64,000 nt of DNA from SAR86 cluster bacterium (GTDB lineage Bacteria > Pseudomonadota > Gammaproteobacteria > Magnimaribacterales > D2472): contig CP097973.1 in assembly GCA_023703655.1 (NCBI GenBank), positions 971,831 through 1,035,830 on the forward strand. The letters are read 5' to 3'. Each line of letters starts with the position of its first letter. The stretch's first letter is position 1. Positions 48,651 to 57,738 of the stretch are shown piece after piece. A model generated the notes under the pieces. It searched no databases, was not told where the DNA came from, and worked only from the letters and a program-made list of their open reading frames with translations. The position numbers and the translations under genes are program-made.

Positions 48651-49379
48651 TTACTTGAAAGGTGATCTAGCCATCACATCCAGCATTCTAAAATCTACAC
48701 TGTATGCGATCATTGAAAAACCCTTTTTTGAAAGAGCATCGATGCTCTTTGGCTCAGGTTCAACTTGATGAAAGCCACAATAAATTTTATATTTTTTTGT
48801 ATAATCAATTACCTTTTTTTCAGCTTTCTTAAATTCTCTTGAATTGAAGTTTCCAGGATCACCAAAAGATAATGAAAGGTCATATGGACCAATGAAACAT
48901 CCGTTTATAGGTAAGCTGAAGATCTCATCCAAATTATCGAGAGCAATCTTGGATTCTATTTGAAAGAACACTTCTATTTTTTTAGATTGCGTTTTTATGT
49001 ATTTATTTTTGACAATTTTTTCTCCAAAACCTTGGGCTCTATAAAGGCCCATGCTGCGCTTGCCCCTTGGAGGATAAAAGCAAGCGTCGATAATTGCCTT
49101 GCCTTGTTGAAAAGTCTCAATCATTGGAGCAATAATCCCTGATGCTCCAGCATCAAGCATTCTTTTAATCTGATCTGTGCTATCAGATGTAATTCTCACA
49201 TAGGATTTTTTCTTATTTGCATCTATGATTCTGATCAGATTTTCTGCCTGATCAAGACTCATAGTTGAGTGCTCTAAATCAATGACAATCCAATCATAAG
49301 GAGATTTTGCAATGATCTCTGTAATTTGTTCATTTGGAATGGTAATCCAAGTTCCAATTGATATTTTTTGTTTAGGCAT
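48651..49379 (-). CDS. HpcH/HpaI-family pyruvate aldolase
   Basis: IDLEHS, VRI, KRMLDAGA, YPPRGKRS, QIES, IGPYDLS. Confidence 0.9.
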   Translation of the reverse strand: MPKQKISIGTWITIPNEQITEIIAKSPYDWIVIDLEHSTMSLDQAENLIRIIDANKKKSYVRITSDSTDQIKRMLDAGASGIIAPMIETFQQGKAIIDACFYPPRGKRSMGLYRAQGFGEKIVKNKYIKTQSKKIEVFFQIESKIALDNLDEIFSLPINGCFIGPYDLSLSFGDPGNFNSREFKKAEKKVIDYTKKYKIYCGFHQVEPEPKSIDALSKKGFSMIAYSVDFRMLDVMARSPFK

Positions 49380-49382
49380 ATG

Positions 49383-50321
49383 CTAGTCTCCTAAGCCATT
49401 TATGGCTGCTATCCCCATTGATTGTATGCCCTGCTCAGTCAGACTCGCCCTGTGTGATGAGGCAAAGAAATTATCTAATTTGAGCAGTGGGGATTTGAAT
49501 GCTGGTTCATGTTCAAAAACGTCAAAAGATGCAAAAGCTAAATTATTATTTTTAAGAAATTTATATAATTCCACCTCATCAACAATACCTCCTCTTGAGG
49601 TATTAATCAAAATTATGGATTCTTTCATTTGCTTAAAAGCATCCTTATTGATCATATTTTTGGTACCTGAGCTCAAAGGTACGTGAATGCTGACGATGTC
49701 CGACGTTGAAAGTACTTCTGAGATTGATGCTTGTTTTAAATTCTTATCATTAAATTTATCTATTTCAGCTGAAGAAAATTTCCTCTCATCAAAAAATAAA
49801 ATCTTATTACCAAATGGTTTCAATAAGCTTACTAAACAAGATCCAATATTTCCAAATCCAATAATTCCAATTTTTTTACCTTTTAGCTCTTGCCCTTTTG
49901 CTTGAGTCCAATTTCCCTCAATGATCTCTGTTTTATTATTATGAACTTGTCTAAGGGAATTCAGCATTAATAAGAGAGTAAATTCTGCAACGGATTGTTT
50001 ATTACTGCCTGGTTGAAATTTAATCTGAATATTTCGTTTCTTGCACTCACCAAGATCTAAGTTATTCAATCCTACTCCATATTTGCTAATGAGTTTTAAT
50101 TTTGGAAGTTGGTCCAAAATATCTTTATCGATGATCTCTATCCCCACAATAGCTTTATCGGCATTGGCTAAAAATTTCACAAGTTCATTTTCTTTTAAAG
50201 TCTTACCAGTCAAATTCAGCGATACGTTTGGATATGATTCTTTTAATTTTTTTACAAGAAACTGGTTGGTTGAAAATGATCTAGAGGTAACAGCCACCAG
50301 ACTGTCATCAAACTTTGCCAT
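49383..50321 (-). CDS. D-isomer-specific 2-hydroxyacid dehydrogenase (SerA-like, no ACT domain)
   Basis: SKYGVG, GIIGFGNIG, HVPL, INTSRGG, DVFEHEP. Confidence 0.9.
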   Translation of the reverse strand: MAKFDDSLVAVTSRSFSTNQFLVKKLKESYPNVSLNLTGKTLKENELVKFLANADKAIVGIEIIDKDILDQLPKLKLISKYGVGLNNLDLGECKKRNIQIKFQPGSNKQSVAEFTLLLMLNSLRQVHNNKTEIIEGNWTQAKGQELKGKKIGIIGFGNIGSCLVSLLKPFGNKILFFDERKFSSAEIDKFNDKNLKQASISEVLSTSDIVSIHVPLSSGTKNMINKDAFKQMKESIILINTSRGGIVDEVELYKFLKNNNLAFASFDVFEHEPAFKSPLLKLDNFFASSHRASLTEQGIQSMGIAAINGLGD

Positions 50322-51045
50322 TTGTGAACTCTGCGTCTAGTCTAAATTTATTATCTGCAGTTGACATACTGATTTTGCCACCAGCCTCCTTAACAATTAT
50401 TGCACCAGCGGCAATGTCCCATAAAAAAATACCTTCCTCTCTATATATTTCAGCTTTTCCTGCGGCAACAAATGTGTTGGCAATTGCAGCAGACCCAATC
50501 ATTCTCACTTTTTTCCAACATTTGAAGTCGTCAATCATTCTTGAGAAATACTCCTTTGAGTATTCCTTTTTAGATGGAATTCCAGTTACGATAGTACCTT
50601 TGGAATGTTCAGATATATTTGAAACAGTTATTCTTTTATTATTTACAAATGCTCCTTTTTCCTTGGATGCAAAATAAAGATTCTCACTAAAAAAATCGTT
50701 AATAACACCAAGAATCGGCTCATTATTATGCATAAGTGCTATTGAAACTGCGCAGATCGGAATATTTCTAAAATAGTTTGATGTTCCATCTAAAGGATCA
50801 ATTACCCAAAAAGCTGATCCAAGATTACCTTTATGGCCAAATTCTTCTCCAAGAATTGGCAAATTTGATCTTGTGGAAATATATTCAGTGATTAGGTTTT
50901 CAGCATCTTGATCAATTTGAAGTTTTATATCCCTGCCATCGTCTACTAAGATTTTTTGGGCATCATTGTTTGCGGAGATTAAAAATTTACCAGCAAGTAA
51001 AGCAGCATCTTTTGCAATCTCAAGACTTTTATCAATATCAATCAT
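50308..51045 (-). CDS. Inositol monophosphatase-family sugar phosphatase
   Basis: GEE, WVIDPLDGTSNY, WDIAAG; likely start MIDIDK at 51045. Confidence 0.92.
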   Translation of the reverse strand: MIDIDKSLEIAKDAALLAGKFLISANNDAQKILVDDGRDIKLQIDQDAENLITEYISTRSNLPILGEEFGHKGNLGSAFWVIDPLDGTSNYFRNIPICAVSIALMHNNEPILGVINDFFSENLYFASKEKGAFVNNKRITVSNISEHSKGTIVTGIPSKKEYSKEYFSRMIDDFKCWKKVRMIGSAAIANTFVAAGKAEIYREEGIFLWDIAAGAIIVKEAGGKISMSTADNKFRLDAEFTNGKV

Positions 51046-51622
51046 TTGAATCTTTGAAGATGGCACGAAAATAGGAACCAACTAAACCACAAATTACCAT
51101 GTGAAGATCTTCAGCAGGACCATACTCTCCAATCTTTGTAGGTACATGAATATTCAAATCTGTGTTCTGTTTAAGATATCCCCCATCAAATGCTGTTAGA
51201 GATACCGTGAAAATGTTGTGTTTTTTTGACCAATCAATAGCTTTAATTAGATTTTGCGAATTACCGGATGCAGAAATGCATACTAAAGTATCACCAGCAT
51301 CAGCTTGAGTTTGCAATTGCTGCAAAAAAATATTTTCATATCCATCATCATTAGCTATGGCTGTGATTACAGCTTGATTATCACATAAACTAATTGCCTT
51401 AAATGGATTTTCAAACTGTCTGCTTCCTAAAGATATGTCATTAACGAAATGACTTGCAGTTGAAGCACTGCCACCATTTCCAATAAAAAAAATCTTTCTA
51501 TTATTCTCTCTAACATCTAATATTTGATTAATAAATCTTGCAATGTCCTCATTGCTTAGTTTCTCCAACAATGAAGATAAATATTTCAAATAATCTGCCG
51601 AAAATTCTTTTGGTGAATTCAT
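51038..51622 (-). CDS. GmhA-like SIS-domain phosphosugar isomerase
   Basis: GNGGSASTASH, TAIANDDGY, ISASGNSQN, AEDLH. Confidence 0.9.
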   Translation of the reverse strand: MNSPKEFSADYLKYLSSLLEKLSNEDIARFINQILDVRENNRKIFFIGNGGSASTASHFVNDISLGSRQFENPFKAISLCDNQAVITAIANDDGYENIFLQQLQTQADAGDTLVCISASGNSQNLIKAIDWSKKHNIFTVSLTAFDGGYLKQNTDLNIHVPTKIGEYGPAEDLHMVICGLVGSYFRAIFKDSND

Positions 51623-52647
51623 TCAAAAACTCTCTCTGCCCATTTTGAATCAGATTCATATATCTTTTCAATTAATTGCATGATTTTCATAGCGTCATCT
51701 ATATTACTAGTTTTGATTGGCTTATCGTTAGTAATTGCATGAAGGAAATAATTTATTTCTTTGTCCCATGATAAATCATTTTTGAAAGTCTCGATTTTCT
51801 CGTCTAATGAGGTATCTCTTGAATCTGGATTATGTCTAATAATAATTAATTCCTCCTCTCCATAGCTTTTTGATCCACTCAAAATTCCTTGCATAATGAT
51901 TGAACCCTGTTGCAATGTAATTTCTAAATTAAATTTATGTCTCCATTGAGTAGCAGATGAGTGTATTTGTGCAACTATACCTTCATCGGACCTCATGATT
52001 GCAAAGGCATTATCTTCTACGTCATGACCCCAAAATGCATTATCTACGAAACTATGAATTTCTGTAAATTCCTGATTTGAAAAATAACTTATTAAATCGA
52101 GCATATGAATGCCTTGATCTAACAAAATTCCTCCTCCCGCTTGATTACGTTTTGATCTCCAATCAGTTTGATCAAAAGTGATAATCTTTGATTTGCCGTA
52201 TGTGCCTTTCAAATTTACTATTTTTCCAAGTTGCATAGAATCAATAACTTGCTTTGCTAAAATTGCGGATTCATGAAATCGATGATTAAATCCGTACATA
52301 AGCTTAAGTGACGGATTTGCTTTAGATATTGATATTATTTCGTTTAATTCAGCGGAAGTTCTAGCTGGTGGTTTTTCGCAAAAAACATGTGAACCTTTCT
52401 TGAGAGCCCTTGCGGTTGCATCTTTTGCATACAAATTAGGTAGGCTTACAAATGCAACGTCAAAGTCAATGGTTTCAATTAGAGTAATGTAGTCATCAAA
52501 CAAAGCAATACTCTTGTCTAGACCAACTAGATTTTCTTTTTTTTGATCAGAAACTGCAACTATTGAAAGATTGGGTATATTTTTAAGGATATCGAATCGT
52601 CTCGATCCAACTACACCAAAACCAAGAATACCAATTTTTAGTGGCAT
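51619..52647 (-). CDS. Gfo/Idh/MocA NAD(P)-dependent sugar oxidoreductase
   Basis: GFGVVG, HVFCEKP, GFNHRF, GGGILLDQGIH. Confidence 0.92.
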   Translation of the reverse strand: MPLKIGILGFGVVGSRRFDILKNIPNLSIVAVSDQKKENLVGLDKSIALFDDYITLIETIDFDVAFVSLPNLYAKDATARALKKGSHVFCEKPPARTSAELNEIISISKANPSLKLMYGFNHRFHESAILAKQVIDSMQLGKIVNLKGTYGKSKIITFDQTDWRSKRNQAGGGILLDQGIHMLDLISYFSNQEFTEIHSFVDNAFWGHDVEDNAFAIMRSDEGIVAQIHSSATQWRHKFNLEITLQQGSIIMQGILSGSKSYGEEELIIIRHNPDSRDTSLDEKIETFKNDLSWDKEINYFLHAITNDKPIKTSNIDDAMKIMQLIEKIYESDSKWAERVFE

Positions 52648-52652
52648 GTTAA

Positions 52653-53759
52653 CTATGACTTTTTATATGTAACCCTATAAATCATATTTGCTTTATCATC
52701 AGAAATAAGGAGGGTACCATCAGACATCTCAAAAGGTGCTGCCGGCCTTCCAAGAACAGTCTCTCCCTCTAAAAAACCAGTAAGAAAATCTTTGCTATCA
52801 ACAACATTCCCATCGTTATCAAACATTACTCTTATAACTTTGTAGCCAACTTTGGACGATCTATTCCATGATCCATGCAATGTAATGAATGCATTATTTC
52901 TATATTCTTTTGGAAAATGATTGCTTTCGTAAAACTCAATTCCTGTTGGAGCGACATGGGCACCAAGTTCAAGAATAGGATCCTTGTATGCAAATCCATG
53001 CTCATAATCTCCAAATTCTGGATCATCAACATTCATGGCATGACGGTAAGGAAAACCAAAAAATTCGCCTTTGAAGTCTAAAACGTTTAGTTCGCAATCT
53101 GGTGAATCATCCCCTAACCAGTCTCTTCCGTTATCTGTAAAATATAATTTTCCATTTGTCGGATGCCAATCAAATCCAACCGAATTCCTCACCCCATTAG
53201 CTTCAATTTGCCAACTACCATTTTCAAATCTCATTATGGAAGCAAATCTTTTATCATCTTTTAAACACACATTGCACGGCGCACCTACATTTACGAGAAA
53301 ACTGCCATCTTTATCAAATTTTATCCATTTACGCCCATGCCAACTGTCGTTAGGTAATTCATCAGTAATTAATTGAAGTTTAAATTCTTCAATTTGATTT
53401 TTATCAAGCATGGTTTCAATATCTTCAACTTTCCAAATCTTGCCTACTTCTGCTATGTAAAGATTTCCATCATGGAATGCGACGCCAGCAGGATCATTCA
53501 AGTTATCTGCAATCAGGATATTTTGATCAATAGTTCCATTTTTATCTGTATCTTTAATAGCGTGTACTTGACCCGATTTAGTGCCTACAAAAATGTAACC
53601 TTTGTTTCCCTCTGACATCTGTCTGGGTGTATTAATTCCATCAGCAAAGACGGAAATTTCAAAGTTATCATCAATAATAAGATTGTTAACAACATCGTTG
53701 TTGGCTCTTAATTGGAAAGGTGTAAAAATAAGTAAAATTATTAAAATGTAATGTATCAT
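52653..53759 (-). CDS. Secreted glucose/sorbosone dehydrogenase-family beta-propeller
   Basis: Signal peptide, GAPCNVC, GVRNSVGFDW, TDNGRD, HVAPTG, HGSWNR, ISDD. Confidence 0.9.
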   Translation of the reverse strand: MIHYILIILLIFTPFQLRANNDVVNNLIIDDNFEISVFADGINTPRQMSEGNKGYIFVGTKSGQVHAIKDTDKNGTIDQNILIADNLNDPAGVAFHDGNLYIAEVGKIWKVEDIETMLDKNQIEEFKLQLITDELPNDSWHGRKWIKFDKDGSFLVNVGAPCNVCLKDDKRFASIMRFENGSWQIEANGVRNSVGFDWHPTNGKLYFTDNGRDWLGDDSPDCELNVLDFKGEFFGFPYRHAMNVDDPEFGDYEHGFAYKDPILELGAHVAPTGIEFYESNHFPKEYRNNAFITLHGSWNRSSKVGYKVIRVMFDNDGNVVDSKDFLTGFLEGETVLGRPAAPFEMSDGTLLISDDKANMIYRVTYKKS

Positions 53760-53779
53760 CGTTATAAGCCTTATATTTT

Positions 53780-55150
53780 ATGAATATCAGTATAGCAGTC
53801 GTAATATTTCTTTTAACCGTTTTTGCATCAATTAGTTTAAATGGAATTATGAGAAATATAGCAAAAAATAATAGATGGCTTATTGATATTCCTGATAAAA
53901 ATAGAAAATTTCATTTAACGCCCACTCCAGTCACTGGTGGTATTGCTATTCAAATTGCGATGCTGACAGGATTTTTGGCCTTATTTTTTCTTGCAGACTT
54001 TACCATTCAGAGTGAAATCAGAAATCTACCACTAACAAGCAACAGCATTAATGATGGTGACTTCCATAAAAAGAGTCTTAAACTTGAAAATAGCGATCAG
54101 AATGAAATATTTGACTTGCTCATAAGTGAAACTCAGTCAAATAATGAATCAGACTTTGAAGTTCAGCTCCAAGGCTCTGATGAGGTAGTTGAAATCAAGA
54201 TGCTTGAAAATGGAGTCTTCAGAGTAAATAACAATGGCAATTTTTCAGACTATGTCATTGAAAATGGCAACGTGGTTAGCTTGGCAGGTGATGTTAGTGA
54301 AAGCTATAAATTTTCAGGCTCAAAACCATTTGAAATAAATAAATTTGTTATTCTCTTCATAATATTTGGCTTGCTTCTGCAAGCTTTTACATTGGTTGAT
54401 GATGCTTGGGGTGTTAATCCAAAAATTAGGATTACCTTTCAAGTTCTTTTAAATTTATTATTTTGTCTTGCAAGTGGAATTTACGTTAATGACATTGGAT
54501 TTGGGATTGGTAATGAAAATATTCAATTAGGTTTTCTTGGAATACCATTTACTGTATTTTGCGTAACTGGGATCATTAACGCATTTAATATGATTGATGG
54601 AATAAATGGACTATGCGCATCAATGGTTATTTCTGCATTAATTGGATTCATAATCATCACGGGATTGGACGTTGTGAATTATGCTTTTGTAATTGCATTT
54701 GGGGGTATTTTTGGTTTTCTTATCTACAATTTAGGTGTAGTTGGTGAAAAAAGACGTGTTTTCTTAGGAGATAATGGTTCATCATTTCTTGGGTTTTTTG
54801 TTGCATGGGCATGCATATATTTATCATCGGCAGAAAATAACTTTTTTAACCCTGTTACAGCATTATGGTTAGTGTTTATTCCCTTCTTAGATTGTATGAA
54901 TGTAATATTGCAAAGAATGAGACGTGGCAAAAAACTTTTTAGTCCAGATAGAAACCATTTACATCATTTGCTAATGAAACGTGAAATAAATCCTTTGACT
55001 GTATTAAGTTATATTTTTCTGATATCTCTCTTTTTTGTTTTCATTGGAATTTCGCTAGATTATTTTGGAATTAGTGCATCAATATCTTTATTATTATTTT
55101 TAATCTCTGGTTCAATTTATTTATACTTTACTCAAAGGCTATCAGAATAA
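53780..55150 (+). CDS. wecA: WecA/MraY-family UDP-HexNAc:polyprenyl-P HexNAc-1-P transferase with large insert
   Basis: DIP..RKFH..PTP..GG, VDD, NAFNMIDG, FLGDNGS, DRNHLHH. Confidence 0.9.
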   Translation: MNISIAVVIFLLTVFASISLNGIMRNIAKNNRWLIDIPDKNRKFHLTPTPVTGGIAIQIAMLTGFLALFFLADFTIQSEIRNLPLTSNSINDGDFHKKSLKLENSDQNEIFDLLISETQSNNESDFEVQLQGSDEVVEIKMLENGVFRVNNNGNFSDYVIENGNVVSLAGDVSESYKFSGSKPFEINKFVILFIIFGLLLQAFTLVDDAWGVNPKIRITFQVLLNLLFCLASGIYVNDIGFGIGNENIQLGFLGIPFTVFCVTGIINAFNMIDGINGLCASMVISALIGFIIITGLDVVNYAFVIAFGGIFGFLIYNLGVVGEKRRVFLGDNGSSFLGFFVAWACIYLSSAENNFFNPVTALWLVFIPFLDCMNVILQRMRRGKKLFSPDRNHLHHLLMKREINPLTVLSYIFLISLFFVFIGISLDYFGISASISLLLFLISGSIYLYFTQRLSE

Positions 55151-55581
55151 TGTTTTCATTCTTTAAAAGAGATAATGTTCAAAAAGAATTGGATGATAAT
55201 ACTAATTCATTTCAAGAAGTCATTTCTGTTATTTGTATAATGCTGGAAATAAGTAGATTGGATGGAAAAGTAGATGAAAGTGAAATTGAGGAAATTAAGA
55301 AATACTTTGATAAGAACTTTGATGATACAAATTTTGAAGAAACTCTTGCTGAACTTCAACAAAAGTCATCTGAGGAAACTTCATTTCATCCATATGTGGA
55401 ATCGATCAATAGTAATTGTGTGAAAGAGGAAAAAATTGAAATTATGAAAATAATTTGGAAATTAATTTTATCTGACGGAGTCATTGATCCATATGAAGAT
55501 AATCTTTTCATGCAAATTGGCGATCTTTTATTTATTAAAAGATCTGAATTAATGAAAATCAAAAATTTAGGGTCTAGCTAA
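55150..55581 (+). CDS. TerB-family protein
   Basis: LDGKVDESE and LSDGVIDPYE repeats typical of TerB. Confidence 0.85.
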   Translation: MFSFFKRDNVQKELDDNTNSFQEVISVICIMLEISRLDGKVDESEIEEIKKYFDKNFDDTNFEETLAELQQKSSEETSFHPYVESINSNCVKEEKIEIMKIIWKLILSDGVIDPYEDNLFMQIGDLLFIKRSELMKIKNLGSS

Positions 55582-57738
55582 ATATATTGGGGAAGACCAA
55601 GCTCTCTCATTGATTAGTGACAAACAGTCATCTTCAAGAGAAGTCTTAAAGCTGCCTTTGCAAATTTTTACCTCACCATTTTCAATTGTAATATTTTTTC
55701 CGTTAATTGCTGGAGTTTCTTCTTGAATGGCTCTGACATAGTAAGAACTATCACGATTAAAATCTGGATCTTCGAATTCCACAGTACATCCACTATTATT
55801 TTTTTTACATTCAACAACAAGCCATGGATCTTGGATTAAATTCTTAATTTCTTCACCCTGATATTCTTGAGGTGTAACCTTTATTACTTCAATTCTCTCA
55901 ATAAGGTATCTTTCGTTTGATGGGTTATAGCACTCACCAGCACATAAATAATCTAATCTCTCAGGTGATAAAGAATCAACAGATACCGAAGGACATCCTG
56001 GCTTTTGTTTAAAACTTCCGGCAGCCCTCACTTTAAATTTAGGTGCTTGATTCATGATCACTTTTTGTCCCATATGGACTTTTTGCTCGCCAAAATTTAT
56101 CAATTCAAACCAAAGTAACATTCTCGGGCCGGATGTTCCATAGACTCTTTTTTGTTTCAAAGCCTCCCAAATATCATCCTTTGATCTAGACTTTGCATGT
56201 ACTGCAACGATTCCACCAGGATATACAAAACTAGAATTGCGTTCATTATCTGGTAACGAATCTCCAGCATTAATGCCAGGCAATTCAGGAAAATTTGGAT
56301 CTTCGGCATAGTATTTATAGTCAAAAAAGGATGATTTAACTCCTGATGCAAAAGTCATTTTTCTTCTTTCGTATTGTTTGTAGCCAGTACCAGGTCTTGC
56401 AGTATGATCATCAGTTGATGCTATAAATCCAAATTCATATCTTTGTGGATCTTCCATATCAAAATTTGTAATAGCTAGTGCATATTGTGCAGATTGTTTT
56501 GGTCTATAGCTAAAAGATGGTTTGAAACAATCATTGCATTGATTACAATTTAGCCATTCTTCTGGTTCTGCCTCAGGGAAAACTTCATTTGAATAGGGCC
56601 CAGCTTCGATAGTATATTGTTTTGCCAATTCGACTCTTGATGCACATTCTTCATCGCTTAAACCTTCACACCTTTTTTTCATCATTTCGCCTGCCTGCCA
56701 ACAACATGGCAAAAAATCTTCAGTTGGAGCAGGACAAAACTTTGTACCGTCTGGATTTATTCCAACGCCGGCAAAATCTCTAAACTCCTCACCATTTCCA
56801 TGACCTGACATAATCTCAAGCAAAATTTGCTTGCTTCTATCATGGCCCTCATTATTTAGTCGATTATCCCAAGAAGTATTATAAGGAACATGTAATCCCC
56901 ACGTGGTTCCATGAGGAATCACAATTGAATCAAATCCCCACTCATCAATCTTCCTAAAAAGCTCTCTTGGGCTTTCAGCATATTCATAACAATCGTTTGG
57001 CAAATCATTAGTATTAAGAGAATTATTGCAAAATGGAATGCTTTCAACACGATCTAATAACCAAGTCAAATCTGAATATCTTTTGAAATTAAGTGGATCA
57101 ACCCATTTTGCAGATGTTGCTTGTCGAGTTGTAGAAAATATTCCTAATCCAGTTTCAGGAGTTCGTGCACCTATTGGTCTTTTGGGCAAATTATTTACAT
57201 CTTTGAAAATAACATTTCTATGACCCCAATTATTTTCAGGAGTGGTACCAATCTGAGTCCACTCCCAGCCTGGAAAAACAGTTAAATCTCTAGCATTCTC
57301 TACTTCATTACTTATATTGCATTGTTCAACAATTTTGTTTTGCTCTCTCCAATGTTCTGGAGTAAGGCTTTCTGCATGATCATTAAAACTAAAAAAATCA
57401 AGGTTTGCACAATATCGTGCAAAATCACATGCCATAGAACTATCATGAATGCCTTGAAGCCCCATCATTGGAAGTTCAAGTGTAAAGGCATCAATAGAGT
57501 AAGTTGTATGAACATGCAAATCTCCAAAAAGTATCAGATGTTCGTCAGTCAAATCCTTGCTATCTTGAAACAAATTATCTTTTGCTTCATAGAACTTTAA
57601 GTCATTTTCATGAATATATTGAGAACTTTTAGGAGGTCCCTCAATCTTGCCTGGAGGAACATCAGAGCCACAAGAATAAATAAAAAATAAGCTAGCAAAA
57701 ATTGCAACTTTTACTCTAAAAAATTGTAAGCTCACCAT
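55567..57738 (-). CDS. DUF3604 (PHP-like metal-binding) lipoprotein
   Basis: Lipobox-like IYSC, GDLHVHTTYSIDA, NDHAE, GWEWT, GHRNV, STDDH, YGTSGPR, RAWSSPI; Cys-rich. Confidence 0.82.
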   Translation of the reverse strand: MVSLQFFRVKVAIFASLFFIYSCGSDVPPGKIEGPPKSSQYIHENDLKFYEAKDNLFQDSKDLTDEHLILFGDLHVHTTYSIDAFTLELPMMGLQGIHDSSMACDFARYCANLDFFSFNDHAESLTPEHWREQNKIVEQCNISNEVENARDLTVFPGWEWTQIGTTPENNWGHRNVIFKDVNNLPKRPIGARTPETGLGIFSTTRQATSAKWVDPLNFKRYSDLTWLLDRVESIPFCNNSLNTNDLPNDCYEYAESPRELFRKIDEWGFDSIVIPHGTTWGLHVPYNTSWDNRLNNEGHDRSKQILLEIMSGHGNGEEFRDFAGVGINPDGTKFCPAPTEDFLPCCWQAGEMMKKRCEGLSDEECASRVELAKQYTIEAGPYSNEVFPEAEPEEWLNCNQCNDCFKPSFSYRPKQSAQYALAITNFDMEDPQRYEFGFIASTDDHTARPGTGYKQYERRKMTFASGVKSSFFDYKYYAEDPNFPELPGINAGDSLPDNERNSSFVYPGGIVAVHAKSRSKDDIWEALKQKRVYGTSGPRMLLWFELINFGEQKVHMGQKVIMNQAPKFKVRAAGSFKQKPGCPSVSVDSLSPERLDYLCAGECYNPSNERYLIERIEVIKVTPQEYQGEEIKNLIQDPWLVVECKKNNSGCTVEFEDPDFNRDSSYYVRAIQEETPAINGKNITIENGEVKICKGSFKTSLEDDCLSLINERAWSSPIYLARP

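Noticed and set aside
49383-51622. Calling these genes serA, suhB and gmhA housekeeping copies
   Set aside because: No ACT domain on the dehydrogenase, no hldE/gmhB/hldD nearby, and operon context points to a specialised sugar pathway
53996-54343. WecA insert as an intein or mobile insertion
   Set aside because: No N-terminal C/S block, no His-Asn followed by C/S/T, no endonuclease motif or flanking repeats
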